A DNA stretch of 43,502 nucleotides, from the NCBI GenBank assembly GCA_041650355.1, contig JBAZLI010000001.1, positions 1 to 43,502 of the forward strand, written 5' to 3'. The position numbers and the translations under genes were made by a program. The DNA comes from Candidatus Micrarchaeia archaeon (GTDB lineage: Archaea > Micrarchaeota > Micrarchaeia > Anstonellales > Bilamarchaeaceae). This document shows positions 9,662-17,917 of the stretch, piece after piece. The notes under the pieces are model-generated. The model was not told where the DNA came from. It saw only the letters and a list, made by a program, of their open reading frames with translations, and did not search any database. Positions within the stretch are counted from its first letter, which is position 1. Each line of letters begins with the position of its first letter.

Positions 9662-10029
9662 CCAACCGCCGTCATTTTCCGATGCAGCATTTCTCTGAAG
9701 AACCTGCCCTTCATGCCCGAGCACAGCAATTTCGAGGCTATGCACAGGTTTTTCCTGCCGGCAGGCGTTATGTTGTATATCCTCACCTTCCGCTTCCCGC
9801 GCGCCTCAGCGAGGCCGGACACCATCCCTTCCTTCTCGAGCTTTGCGAGAAGCGGGTAAACCCTTGACGGAGTCATCGCGTGCATCCCTTCGGCCGAGAA
9901 CGCTTTTATCACTTCGTAGCCGGTGTGGGGCTTCTTGCTTATCATCCAGAGGGTCATGAGCGCAACTGTCTTCTTCACGATGAATTTTCCCAAATCCCCC
10001 ATCTTGAGCTTCCTGAGCATGTTCAACAC
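9658..10029 (-). CDS. PadR-family transcriptional regulator
   Basis: 123 aa. The winged-helix core ...LWMISKKPHTGYEVIKAF...SRVYPLLAKLEKEGMV... is typical of PadR. Alternative starts are GTG 10029, ATG 10020 and ATG 10002. Confidence 0.85.
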   Translation of the reverse strand: MLNMLRKLKMGDLGKFIVKKTVALMTLWMISKKPHTGYEVIKAFSAEGMHAMTPSRVYPLLAKLEKEGMVSGLAEARGKRKVRIYNITPAGRKNLCIASKLLCSGMKGRFFREMLHRKMTAVG

Positions 10030-10062
10030 TTGTGCTAGACAAATATAGATAGGTACATATTT

Positions 10063-10084
10063 GTATCTATTTATAAATAGATAC
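10063..10084. promoter_or_regulatory. Perfect 22-bp palindrome overlapping a TATA-like element, likely a PadR operator / divergent promoter
   Basis: GTATCTATTTATAAATAGATAC is its own reverse complement. A third half-site, ATAGATA, lies at 10045-10051. The central TTTATAAATA looks like an archaeal TATA box, 34-55 nt upstream of padR. Confidence 0.6.
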
Positions 10085-10085
10085 G

Positions 10086-10136
10086 CTGCCGCGCCGGACC
10101 GAAACTCACGCTAGGACACTGCTGTCCGCGCGGCAG
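10086..10136. other. GC-rich imperfect hairpin in the padR-marC intergenic region
   Basis: CTGCCGCGCCGGAC (10086-10099) pairs with GTCCGCGCGGCAG (10124-10136), with one bulge and a ~24-nt loop. On the plus strand GGGGAATTTTCTC follows it. Confidence 0.4.
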
Positions 10137-10218
10137 GGGGAATTTTCTCATGGATAGGAATAAAAAGGTGGACGATATAGGTTAAGCAGGCGATGCAGGA
10201 CCGGAAAAAGGAGATTGG

Positions 10219-10800
10219 ATGATGGAGCAGTTGGTTGCGCTAGTATCGGCCTTTGTATACGTATTTGTGATAATCGATCCGCTTGCAAGCCTTCCCATGT
10301 TTATTTCCCTCACCGAGAAGATGAAGGAACGTGAGATAAGGAAATCCGCGCGGGATGCGGTGATAATCGCCGGAATAGTCGCCACGGTTTTCCTGATTGG
10401 CGGAACCTTCATACTCGATTTAATGAAGATAGACATGAGCTCGTTCAGGATTGCAGGGGGCATCGTGCTCGGCCTGCTCGGGCTGGAAACCGTGCTCGGA
10501 TTCCACGGCTCGAACGAGAAGAACGGGGACAAGAGCGCAGTCGTGACCCTCATAGCGACCCCGATGCTCACCGGCCCTGGGCTGATAACCGCGCTCATAG
10601 TGATGAGCTCCGAGGAAGGGATGATTGTGCCGTTCGTGGCAATGGTGCTTGCGCTTTTGGCTTCCTGGATTGTGTTCGACCGCGCGGTTTCCATAAGGAA
10701 CCTCCTCGGCCGCAGGACGATAGACATATTCTCGAAAGTTTTCGGGCTGTTCCTGGTCGCGATGGGGGTCTCGTTCATAAAGGCAGGACTCGGCGCCTGA
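10219..10800 (+). CDS. MarC-family (UPF0056) integral membrane protein
   Basis: 193 aa and about 6 TM helices. The N-terminus FVYVFVIIDPLASLPMFISLT is typical of the family. A GGAG Shine-Dalgarno-like element lies ~7 nt upstream. Confidence 0.8.
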   Translation: MMEQLVALVSAFVYVFVIIDPLASLPMFISLTEKMKEREIRKSARDAVIIAGIVATVFLIGGTFILDLMKIDMSSFRIAGGIVLGLLGLETVLGFHGSNEKNGDKSAVVTLIATPMLTGPGLITALIVMSSEEGMIVPFVAMVLALLASWIVFDRAVSIRNLLGRRTIDIFSKVFGLFLVAMGVSFIKAGLGA

Positions 10801-11296
10801 AGTCAGTATTTTGCCCTGAGGACGCATTTTGCGGATTCTGAATTTCCTGCCCGAAAACACGCGCCTTTTTCCATGAAGGGTCAAGTTTTGCCTGCACTTT
10901 TGAGCGCTCAGGGACAGGTTTAACGAATCTGGTCTCAACCTGTATTTTCCTGACACTCAGCCATTCAACGCCGGCTTGCATAGCAGCATTTTCTTCTTTT
11001 CCGAACACCAGGATGCCGGCTTCAGTAGTCTTAAGCAATCCTGATCTCCCTCTGAAGAGCCGTTCGAGCGCTTCCTGGACACTGAAGCTTCCGTAGCCGG
11101 GTTTGGGCACGTCCAGATGCGCAATCCCGCACCATCTGGTCATCGTGCAGAGCGCGAGCACGAGCATTTCATCCGGCGAAAGCACTGCGCACAGCGTTTC
11201 CTCGGAACCCACCTCAAAGCGCGCTGGGATTATCATCCTATTGTTTATCCCCTCGTCCATCACCGGCGTATCGCTGAATTTGAAGTTCATAATCAT
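10775..11296 (-). CDS. Hypothetical protein (weak CheD-like Cys...His pattern)
   Basis: This 173-aa ORF is the only long frame here, and an AT-rich promoter-like stretch lies upstream. I recognise no confident family. The 3' end overlaps the marC 3' end by 26 nt. Confidence 0.45.
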   Translation of the reverse strand: MIMNFKFSDTPVMDEGINNRMIIPARFEVGSEETLCAVLSPDEMLVLALCTMTRWCGIAHLDVPKPGYGSFSVQEALERLFRGRSGLLKTTEAGILVFGKEENAAMQAGVEWLSVRKIQVETRFVKPVPERSKVQAKLDPSWKKARVFGQEIQNPQNASSGQNTDFRRRVLPL

Positions 11297-11383
11297 ATTA
11301 TATGTTGTAGATTATTAAATAATTCGGATTACTTGAAACGGGGCCATGAACAGTTATTTTAATCCGGCCGCGGAAATCTGTTT

Positions 11384-12700
11384 ATGGGTTTCGCGGAATT
11401 CGAGGAGGCTGCGCGTGAAGCGAAAAAGATAGCGTTCAGCTTCTCTGACCCTCTTATCGTGCACCATTACGACGCGGACGGGCTTTCCTCAGGGGCGATA
11501 GTGAAGAGCGCTTTCCTCGGGCGCGAGCACAGGATGCGAGGCATAAAAAAGCTCGACGATGCGGCGATAGAGAAATTGATGGGGGAAAAGGAGGTAATTT
11601 TCGTGGACTTGGGCAACAACGAGAGGGTGCGCGAACTGAAAGACGTGCTCATAATAGACCACCACCAAATCAAGGAAACAGGGAAGCCGCAGATAAACCC
11701 GATGCTCTATGGGGTGGACGGAGGTTCCGAGCTCAGCTCGAGCGGAACCGCGTATTTCGTGTTCGGAAAGAACGCGGATTTGGGCTTGGTTGGCGCGCTC
11801 GGGGACATGCAATATCCGCTCATAGGCGCGAACAGAATCATGTGCGAGCGCGGAATCGCGGGCGGGGAAATAAAAAAGGAGATTGATTTGCGCTTTTACG
11901 GGCGCTTCTCCAGGCCGCTCGTGCAATTCCTGGCTTACAGCGACGAGCCTTCTATCCCAGGGGTAGCGTACAGCGAGGAGCGCGCCCAGAAATTGCTTGA
12001 GGATTTGGGAATTTCCATAAGGAAAGGGGAGGAATGGCGCGTTTACGCGGATTTGGACCTGGACGAAAAGAAAAAACTCGTATCGGCGATAGCGGAACTT
12101 CTTTCCGCAAGGCGCAGGACTGAGAATCTGGTGGGCGAGGTTTACGACCTGCCCAAACGTCCGAGAAAGAGCGCGCTTTACGATGCGCACGAATTCTCCA
12201 CCGTTCTGAATGCTTGCGGAAGGCACGGGAAGCCGGAATTGGGAATCGCTGTCTGCCTTGGGGACGAGGCCGCGTACCTGGAAGCTTCTTCGTTCCTCGC
12301 CCTGCACAAGAGGATGATAAGGGAGGGGGTTTTGTTCGCAAGGGCCAGCATGGCTGACTTGGGCTCCTTTCTCTTTTTGGACGCGCGGGGAACAATAGAT
12401 GAGGGCATAATAGGAGTCGTGTGCGGGATGGTGCTCCAGGGCGCCCAGAAGCCGTTCATCGGAATCGCGGATGGAGAGGCAGGGGACATAAAGGTTTCTT
12501 CCAGGGTCGGCAGGAAGACCGGCATAAACCTGGGAAACGTCATGAGCTGCGCTGCCGGAAAAGTCGGCGGGATAGGGGGCGGGCACAGCGTGGCCGCAGG
12601 GGCAAGCATCCCGAAGGAAAGGCTGGATGAGTTTCTAATTCAGGCCAGGGATTTCATCGAGATGGAAAAGGAAGCGATTCGTCAAAAAGCGAAGGACTGA
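11384..12700 (+). CDS. DHH/DHHA1 phosphoesterase, archaeal RecJ-like nuclease
   Basis: 438 aa with DHH motifs HHYDADGLSS, FVDLG and IIDHHQ, and the DHHA1 motif GGGHSVAAGA. Confidence 0.8.
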   Translation: MGFAEFEEAAREAKKIAFSFSDPLIVHHYDADGLSSGAIVKSAFLGREHRMRGIKKLDDAAIEKLMGEKEVIFVDLGNNERVRELKDVLIIDHHQIKETGKPQINPMLYGVDGGSELSSSGTAYFVFGKNADLGLVGALGDMQYPLIGANRIMCERGIAGGEIKKEIDLRFYGRFSRPLVQFLAYSDEPSIPGVAYSEERAQKLLEDLGISIRKGEEWRVYADLDLDEKKKLVSAIAELLSARRRTENLVGEVYDLPKRPRKSALYDAHEFSTVLNACGRHGKPELGIAVCLGDEAAYLEASSFLALHKRMIREGVLFARASMADLGSFLFLDARGTIDEGIIGVVCGMVLQGAQKPFIGIADGEAGDIKVSSRVGRKTGINLGNVMSCAAGKVGGIGGGHSVAAGASIPKERLDEFLIQARDFIEMEKEAIRQKAKD

Positions 12701-12705
12701 TAGAA

Positions 12706-12716
12706 ATATATTTAAA
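12706..12716 (+). promoter_or_regulatory. TATA-like box for the 12739 ORF (leaderless spacing)
   Basis: ATATATTTAAA is centred ~28 nt upstream of ATG 12739. Confidence 0.45.
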
Positions 12717-12738
12717 CACTATTTTTGATTGAACAAGC

Positions 12739-13233
12739 ATGGGGGCTCAGCGATTGAACTACATTTCCAATGCGAGTGCTAGGGCCAGTTCTGCCCCTGC
12801 TTCGCAGAAAAACGAAAATGGCAGGCGTGCATTTGGAAAGTGGTTTGAACCTAAAGTTAACACACGCAAAACTCCTGCGGCCAGGCAGGCGGAAAAAATT
12901 GCCTGCGTCGTAGTTCAGGAACAAAAATCCAGTTTTTCAGGGCTTGCGGCAAAAGTCCAGCCATGGATAAAGGAACTTGTCGCATACGTAAAATATAGCC
13001 CGTTCAATCGCTGGTACCGCGTTTACAAGGTGAGAAAGAAATGGCTCCAGGAAAAGATAGGGCCCGCGGTTCAGGCCCAGGTGCTGAACAAAGTCCAGTT
13101 CTGCATGAAGCCCGAAGTGGCGTTCAGGAAGATGCAGGAGATGTGGGAGGCATTAAAGAGCATGAAATTTGAGATAAAGCTTCCGAAAGTTCCAGAACTG
13201 GCATTTGCGAACGGAAACACTGGAAAGTTGTGA
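12739..13233 (+). CDS. Hypothetical small basic protein
   Basis: 164-aa ORF with a well-placed TATA-like box. The protein is Lys/Arg/Trp-rich. I recognise no family. Confidence 0.45.
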   Translation: MGAQRLNYISNASARASSAPASQKNENGRRAFGKWFEPKVNTRKTPAARQAEKIACVVVQEQKSSFSGLAAKVQPWIKELVAYVKYSPFNRWYRVYKVRKKWLQEKIGPAVQAQVLNKVQFCMKPEVAFRKMQEMWEALKSMKFEIKLPKVPELAFANGNTGKL

Positions 13234-13245
13234 ACCTTCTGCCAA

Positions 13246-13800
13246 TCAGAATAAGAACACTGCTGTCGCGATTACAGTGGTCCATTTGCCGCCCTTGTCG
13301 CAAACCGCTGACTGCGTCATGTTCGTGGTTTTTACTATCTCCCTGCTCATCTTGAAATATTCTTCCTTCTCGTTCCACGCCTGCTCGGGGCTGAACGGGA
13401 GCCCGAGCGTGGTCGCGAGCATGGAAGCCGCGAGGTCCTCTGCGTATTCCCCTGCCTTCTCGTCCGTCTGCCCGAACGCGTGGTGCTCGCTCAGGTAACC
13501 GTACTTCTTCCTGTCCTTCGGCAGCGCGCAGCCTATGCTTGACGCGATGAGCCGGTTGGGCTCGTCGGAAGCTATGCGCGCCATCACGCAGAAGAGTATC
13601 TGCCCCTTCTTCAGCTTCTTCAGCCCTTTCTCACGCGAGATCATCTTGCACCCCGGAGGGAATATGCTGGAAACCGAAACGATGTTGTAGGGCGCTATTC
13701 CTGCGTCCCGCAGCGCTGCCTCGAACGAGGACAGGTAGTCCCTGTGCTGCCCTACTCCCTTCGTGAAAAACACTTCCTTAGGTACCAAAGCTGAAGCCAT
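13246..13800 (-). CDS. pdaD: Pyruvoyl-dependent arginine decarboxylase
   Basis: [10 protein letters not shown]...[13 protein letters not shown] contains the Ser-Ser self-cleavage site typical of the PvlArgDC family. ATG at 13800 is preferred over TTG at 13815. Confidence 0.85.
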   Translation of the reverse strand: MASALVPKEVFFTKGVGQHRDYLSSFEAALRDAGIAPYNIVSVSSIFPPGCKMISREKGLKKLKKGQILFCVMARIASDEPNRLIASSIGCALPKDRKKYGYLSEHHAFGQTDEKAGEYAEDLAASMLATTLGLPFSPEQAWNEKEEYFKMSREIVKTTNMTQSAVCDKGGKWTTVIATAVFLF

Positions 13801-13911
13801 CCAATCGCCACCCAATTAAAAATTCATCGTTCCTATTTTCTTAACAGAATTTATAAATCTTACATCACTTCCGAAGATTTTTTTCGCGCGGAAGCTAACG
13901 CAGGTACTGGC

Positions 13912-15057
13912 ATGTCGATTTCGATTGGCGTTGTAGGCAAGCCGAACGCAGGGAAGAGCACGCTGTTCTCAGCGCTCACCATGGCGGACGCGAAAATAGC
14001 GCCGTTCCCCTTCACCACGATAGAGCCGAACAGGGCCGTGGCGTACATAAGGAAGCCGTGCCCGCACACCGAAATAGGGAAACAGTGCACGCCGCGCGAC
14101 TCGAGCTGCGTGCAGGGCACCAGGTTCATACCCATCCAGATAACCGATGTCGCGGGGCTCGTGCCTGACGCGCATCTGGGGAGAGGGCTGGGGCTCCAGT
14201 TCCTCGATGACATAAGGCAGGCGGACGCCCTCATTCAGGTGGTTGACGCGAGCGGACGGACAGACTTGGAGGGCAACCCATCCGAGGGCTCAGACCCTTC
14301 GCTAGAAGTTGAATTCCTGGAAAAGGAGATGACCCACTGGATTGCCGGCATTTTAGAAAGGAACTGGAACAAGGTGAGCGGCAGGCCCGCGTCCGCGCTT
14401 TACGATTTGTTCAGCTCGATGAAGATTGGCCACGCGCACGTGGAAGCTGCAGTAAGGAAGCTCGGGCTGGCCGAAACGCTCAACTGGAAGCAGGAGGAGC
14501 GGCTCGCTTTCGCGGATGAGATGAGGAAGGTGAAGCCGGTGCTCGTGGCTGCGAACAAGTGGGATTCGGCGAGCGGGACCAAGAGGCTCATGGAGCGCTA
14601 CGCAGGCAGGGTGGTGAAGTGCGCGTCAGCCTACGAGCTTGCGCTCAGGAAAGCCGCTAAGGCAGGGGCGATAGAGTACACGCCGGGCGCAGGGGAATTC
14701 AAAATCGCGAATGCGACCGAGGAGCAGCGCCGGGCGCTCTCCACCATAGACGCTTACATGAAGGTGAATGGGAGCACCGGCGTGCAGCAGGTGCTCGAGC
14801 AGGTCGTGAACGGCACTCTCGGGCTGGTGGCAGTGTATCCGGTTGAAGACGAGCACAAATGGAGCGACAGGAAGGGGAATGTGCTTCCGAACGTGTTCCT
14901 GCTCCCGAAAGGCTCCACGGCGCTCCAGGTTGCGGAAAGGGTGCACACCGACCTCGCCAAGAACTTCATCTCCGCGGTGGACGCGCGCAGGAAGCTGCGC
15001 ATAGGCAAGGATTATATTATTAATGATGGAGATATAATGCGGATAATTTCGGGTTAG
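13912..15057 (+). CDS. ychF: YchF/OLA1-type Obg-family GTPase/ATPase with C-terminal TGS-like domain
   Basis: 381 aa with the P-loop GKPNAGKST, FPFTTIEPN, the G3 motif DVAGLV and the G4-like motif ANKWD. The C-terminal beta-grasp region reads LPKGSTALQVAERVHTDL. Confidence 0.85.
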   Translation: MSISIGVVGKPNAGKSTLFSALTMADAKIAPFPFTTIEPNRAVAYIRKPCPHTEIGKQCTPRDSSCVQGTRFIPIQITDVAGLVPDAHLGRGLGLQFLDDIRQADALIQVVDASGRTDLEGNPSEGSDPSLEVEFLEKEMTHWIAGILERNWNKVSGRPASALYDLFSSMKIGHAHVEAAVRKLGLAETLNWKQEERLAFADEMRKVKPVLVAANKWDSASGTKRLMERYAGRVVKCASAYELALRKAAKAGAIEYTPGAGEFKIANATEEQRRALSTIDAYMKVNGSTGVQQVLEQVVNGTLGLVAVYPVEDEHKWSDRKGNVLPNVFLLPKGSTALQVAERVHTDLAKNFISAVDARRKLRIGKDYIINDGDIMRIISG

Positions 15058-15094
15058 TCCGTGCCCTGAACCAGCACATTCTAATGGTGATTTT

Positions 15095-16465
15095 ATGGAG
15101 GCCAAAAACTACGCGCTCACGTTCGCTGCCGTTGTTGCAGCGGCAATTTTCTGCTATGCGGTATTCGTGGTCGGCACGGCCCTGCTCCCGAAGGAGCACG
15201 GTGAAGGGGCAAACGAGAGCAGCCCGTACGAAATTTTGCTCAGGGCTGCTGAAAAGCCGGCCGGATACGACACTTACACGTACGCATACGTAGACGACAT
15301 AGACGGCTATCCCATAGAGACGAGGATGGTGAAGTCCCGGCTTTTCAGCACTCTAAAGGTGCAAAGCCCGGTGTTCGAGAAGGCCATATACTCCGCAGGC
15401 GGCGCGGACGCGCTCTGCATAAGCTTTTACGGGAACACCAGCTGTTCCCAGGTCGATGCGAACTCTTCGCTAGCCCAGTCCTTCAGTTCCATGAACAGTT
15501 CCTTCCTGGGCGGAAGGACCGAGAGGAACGTGAATGCCCTGGCCATATACAACAGGAGCGGCGCGATGGCCTTCGAAGGCGGGGTGGGTGAAAGCGAGGT
15601 GGGCGGAAAGAAGTGCCAGCTGATAAAATACGTGCTGGATTATTCCAAGCTCACGCTGGTGGACCTGCGCGACCTCGGAATGAGCCCGAACGACCCGGTG
15701 CTCCTCTACTCCAAGGATTACACTTTCGAGTACTGCATAGACAACGAGAGCAACACCCTCTCTGCGAAGCTTGATTACACCTACCTCGGGGAGCCGAGGG
15801 AAACGATCACCCTGATAAAGGAGGCCTTATGGGGCTCGGCTGACGCGGCTGAAGCCGTGCATCCTGCGCTCGGGAACACGAACGAAACCGAAGCGCTCTT
15901 CCTTGAAGCGATAAACGTCGAGAAGAACGTGCTGAGCTGCGCCAGGAACGCAACCACCAAGGATGCGTGCGTAAGGAATTACGCTGTCTCCAACGACTTG
16001 CCTGACCTGTGCCTGCTCGCAGGAGGGGCCAAGGACAGGTGCATACTCACTCTCGCGCCCCAGGCGCTCAGGAGCGACCTCTGCCCGAGCGTGGACAACG
16101 CTTCGTTCAGGGACGACTGCTGGATAGAGATGGGCGCGAGGAAAAAGAATGCGAGCTTCTGCGAAAACGTCCTGGACGTGGAGAAAAGGAGCTACTGCGC
16201 GTCCTTGCTCGCGAACTCCACGAATTCCACGGCAAATGCGAGCGTTTGTGCCGCGGATTCGCAGTGCTTCACTGCGGGCTGCTCGGCGCAATTGTGCGTA
16301 CCTGAAAGCGGCAAGGGCACGATAACAACCTGCGAGATGCGGCCCGAGTTCGAGTGCCTCAAGTTCACCACGTGCGGATGCGTGCAGAATAGGTGCGAGT
16401 GGAAAAACAATGAGAACTACATGGCATGCATGCAAAGCATGACAGGTGCCAACGCGAGCAGCTGA
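15095..16465 (+). CDS. N-terminally anchored extracellular protein with C-terminal compact multi-Cys module
   Basis: 456 aa with a single N-terminal TM (YALTFAAVVAAAIFCYAVFVVGTALL) and many N-x-S/T sequons. The Cys-rich C-terminus ends in CxxDSQCx4GCx4Cx11Cx7Cx5CxCx4CxW. Confidence 0.65.
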   Translation: MEAKNYALTFAAVVAAAIFCYAVFVVGTALLPKEHGEGANESSPYEILLRAAEKPAGYDTYTYAYVDDIDGYPIETRMVKSRLFSTLKVQSPVFEKAIYSAGGADALCISFYGNTSCSQVDANSSLAQSFSSMNSSFLGGRTERNVNALAIYNRSGAMAFEGGVGESEVGGKKCQLIKYVLDYSKLTLVDLRDLGMSPNDPVLLYSKDYTFEYCIDNESNTLSAKLDYTYLGEPRETITLIKEALWGSADAAEAVHPALGNTNETEALFLEAINVEKNVLSCARNATTKDACVRNYAVSNDLPDLCLLAGGAKDRCILTLAPQALRSDLCPSVDNASFRDDCWIEMGARKKNASFCENVLDVEKRSYCASLLANSTNSTANASVCAADSQCFTAGCSAQLCVPESGKGTITTCEMRPEFECLKFTTCGCVQNRCEWKNNENYMACMQSMTGANASS

Positions 16466-16501
16466 ACAAAGGGCGAACCGCAGGGCGCAGGAACCAGGGA
16501 A

Positions 16502-16909
16502 TTAAATTTTGATTAAGTCGCACACCGGCTGGGCGTTGTACCCGAGCTTGAGGAACTGCAGCTCCCCGGGCGTCACCCATTTGCCGGTTTCGTGCTCTGG
16601 CCCGAGCCTGAACTCTTCCCCTGAAACGTCGCCCTTGTAAACCACGTAAACCGAATGCTTTTCCGCGCCGTCTTTCCTGTAAACCGCCGAAGTAACGCCG
16701 AGAAGCGAGAGATTGGCCGCCTTCAGGCCGGTTTCCTCCTCGGTTTCCCTCGCGGCCGCATGTTCGGGGTTCTCCCCGAATTCCACGCCCCCGCCCGGAA
16801 ACTCCCAGAATCCGTTCTTCCTCTTGAGCACAAGCACCTTCCCGCCCCGGAATGGCACGAGATAGGCGTTCAATTCAGGCTTGAATTCGTTGAGAGACAT
16901 GAAAACCAA
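16502..16909 (-). CDS. NUDIX hydrolase
   Basis: The Nudix box GGGVEFGENPEHAAARETEEETG is present. The likely ATG start is at 16900; the ORF opens at TTG 16909, abutting the TFE stop. Confidence 0.88.
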   Translation of the reverse strand: MVFMSLNEFKPELNAYLVPFRGGKVLVLKRKNGFWEFPGGGVEFGENPEHAAARETEEETGLKAANLSLLGVTSAVYRKDGAEKHSVYVVYKGDVSGEEFRLGPEHETGKWVTPGELQFLKLGYNAQPVCDLIKI

Positions 16910-17863
16910 TCAGGGCATCTTCGGCTTCCTGAGCTGCGAGAACTTGTCGTCGTCAAGGAAATCCAGCGAAGTGTTGCAGCTCTGGCATCTGAAGGCGCAA
17001 TCCGAGGCGTCTGCGAAAGCCAGCACGCTCTCGAGGCCGCAGTTCTTGCAGAAATAGAATGCCGTGCCTTCCTTCGGGGCGCACGAGTCCTGCATGCTGT
17101 AGTGCTCGCACACCCAGTTCTTGATGCGGTCCTCGTTTATCACCCACGCGTACGAGTACCATCCGGTTTCGCTGTTCTTGTCCCGCACGTAGGTTACGAG
17201 GCCCTCGTTGTGCATCTTGTTGAGCGAGGCCCGCACGTCCGAAACCTTTATCTTGAGCTTCTTCGCGAGTTCCTCGTCGTTTGGAATCAAGGGGAGGCCG
17301 CGTATCACGTCTATGGCGTTCTCGCCGCCCAGCTCTATTATCCAGTGCCTGGCTTCGGCCTTTGCGAGCACGTCCTGAAGCTCTCTGGAGAGCGCCTTTT
17401 TCTGGGGCTGCACAGCCTTGGCCTCAATGACGCTGGTTTTTGCGGGCGCCTTGCGTGGTTTTGCTTTCGAACCGGCGCTTTTCTTCAGCTTCATTTTCAG
17501 CTTCGCGTTAGTCTTAAGCTTCATCTTCAGGGTTTTGGAGGATTTTGGCATGAGCTTGGGTTTTTTGAAAAGCTTCCTCTTGGACTTCATTGAAAGCCTT
17601 GAAAGTTGGGACTTTGAAGATTTGCCGGCGCGGGCACGCACGCGCGCTCGGGACTTCGCCATTTTCGGGTCGCGCTTGAAGTGGGCGAAACTCCTTGCCC
17701 GCGCCCCGGTGCGAATCCTGGAAGCAGGTTTTTTCCGGGTTATTCTGGCTTTGCCGCCCTTGCTGAGCTTCCCGGGAGTGACCCTGGCTTTCCCGGTTTT
17801 CCTGGCCTTTGCAGATACAGCCCTGGATTTGGATTTAGATTTGGAACCTGACATAAAGACCAC
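16910..17863 (-). CDS. tfe: Transcription factor E alpha (TFIIE-alpha homolog) with long Lys/Ser/Ala/Arg-rich N-terminal extension
   Basis: The C-terminal ~160 aa form a winged helix (DEELAKKLKIKVSDVRASLNKMHNEGLV) plus a zinc ribbon (CKNC...CQSC). The N-terminal ~155 aa are a basic low-complexity region. The start is GTG 17863 or ATG 17854. Confidence 0.85.
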   Translation of the reverse strand: MVFMSGSKSKSKSRAVSAKARKTGKARVTPGKLSKGGKARITRKKPASRIRTGARARSFAHFKRDPKMAKSRARVRARAGKSSKSQLSRLSMKSKRKLFKKPKLMPKSSKTLKMKLKTNAKLKMKLKKSAGSKAKPRKAPAKTSVIEAKAVQPQKKALSRELQDVLAKAEARHWIIELGGENAIDVIRGLPLIPNDEELAKKLKIKVSDVRASLNKMHNEGLVTYVRDKNSETGWYSYAWVINEDRIKNWVCEHYSMQDSCAPKEGTAFYFCKNCGLESVLAFADASDCAFRCQSCNTSLDFLDDDKFSQLRKPKMP

Positions 17864-17880
17864 ATATTTTCTGCGCGTTC

Positions 17881-17893
17881 TTTATATTTAAAG
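17881..17893 (-). promoter_or_regulatory. TATA-like box upstream of tfe
   Basis: The minus strand reads CTTTAAATATAAA. Its centre is ~24-33 nt upstream of the GTG 17863 / ATG 17854 starts, consistent with a leaderless or short-leader mRNA that includes the basic extension. Confidence 0.5.
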
Positions 17894-17917
17894 CTATTGG
17901 GTTTTAGGGGGAGAAAG

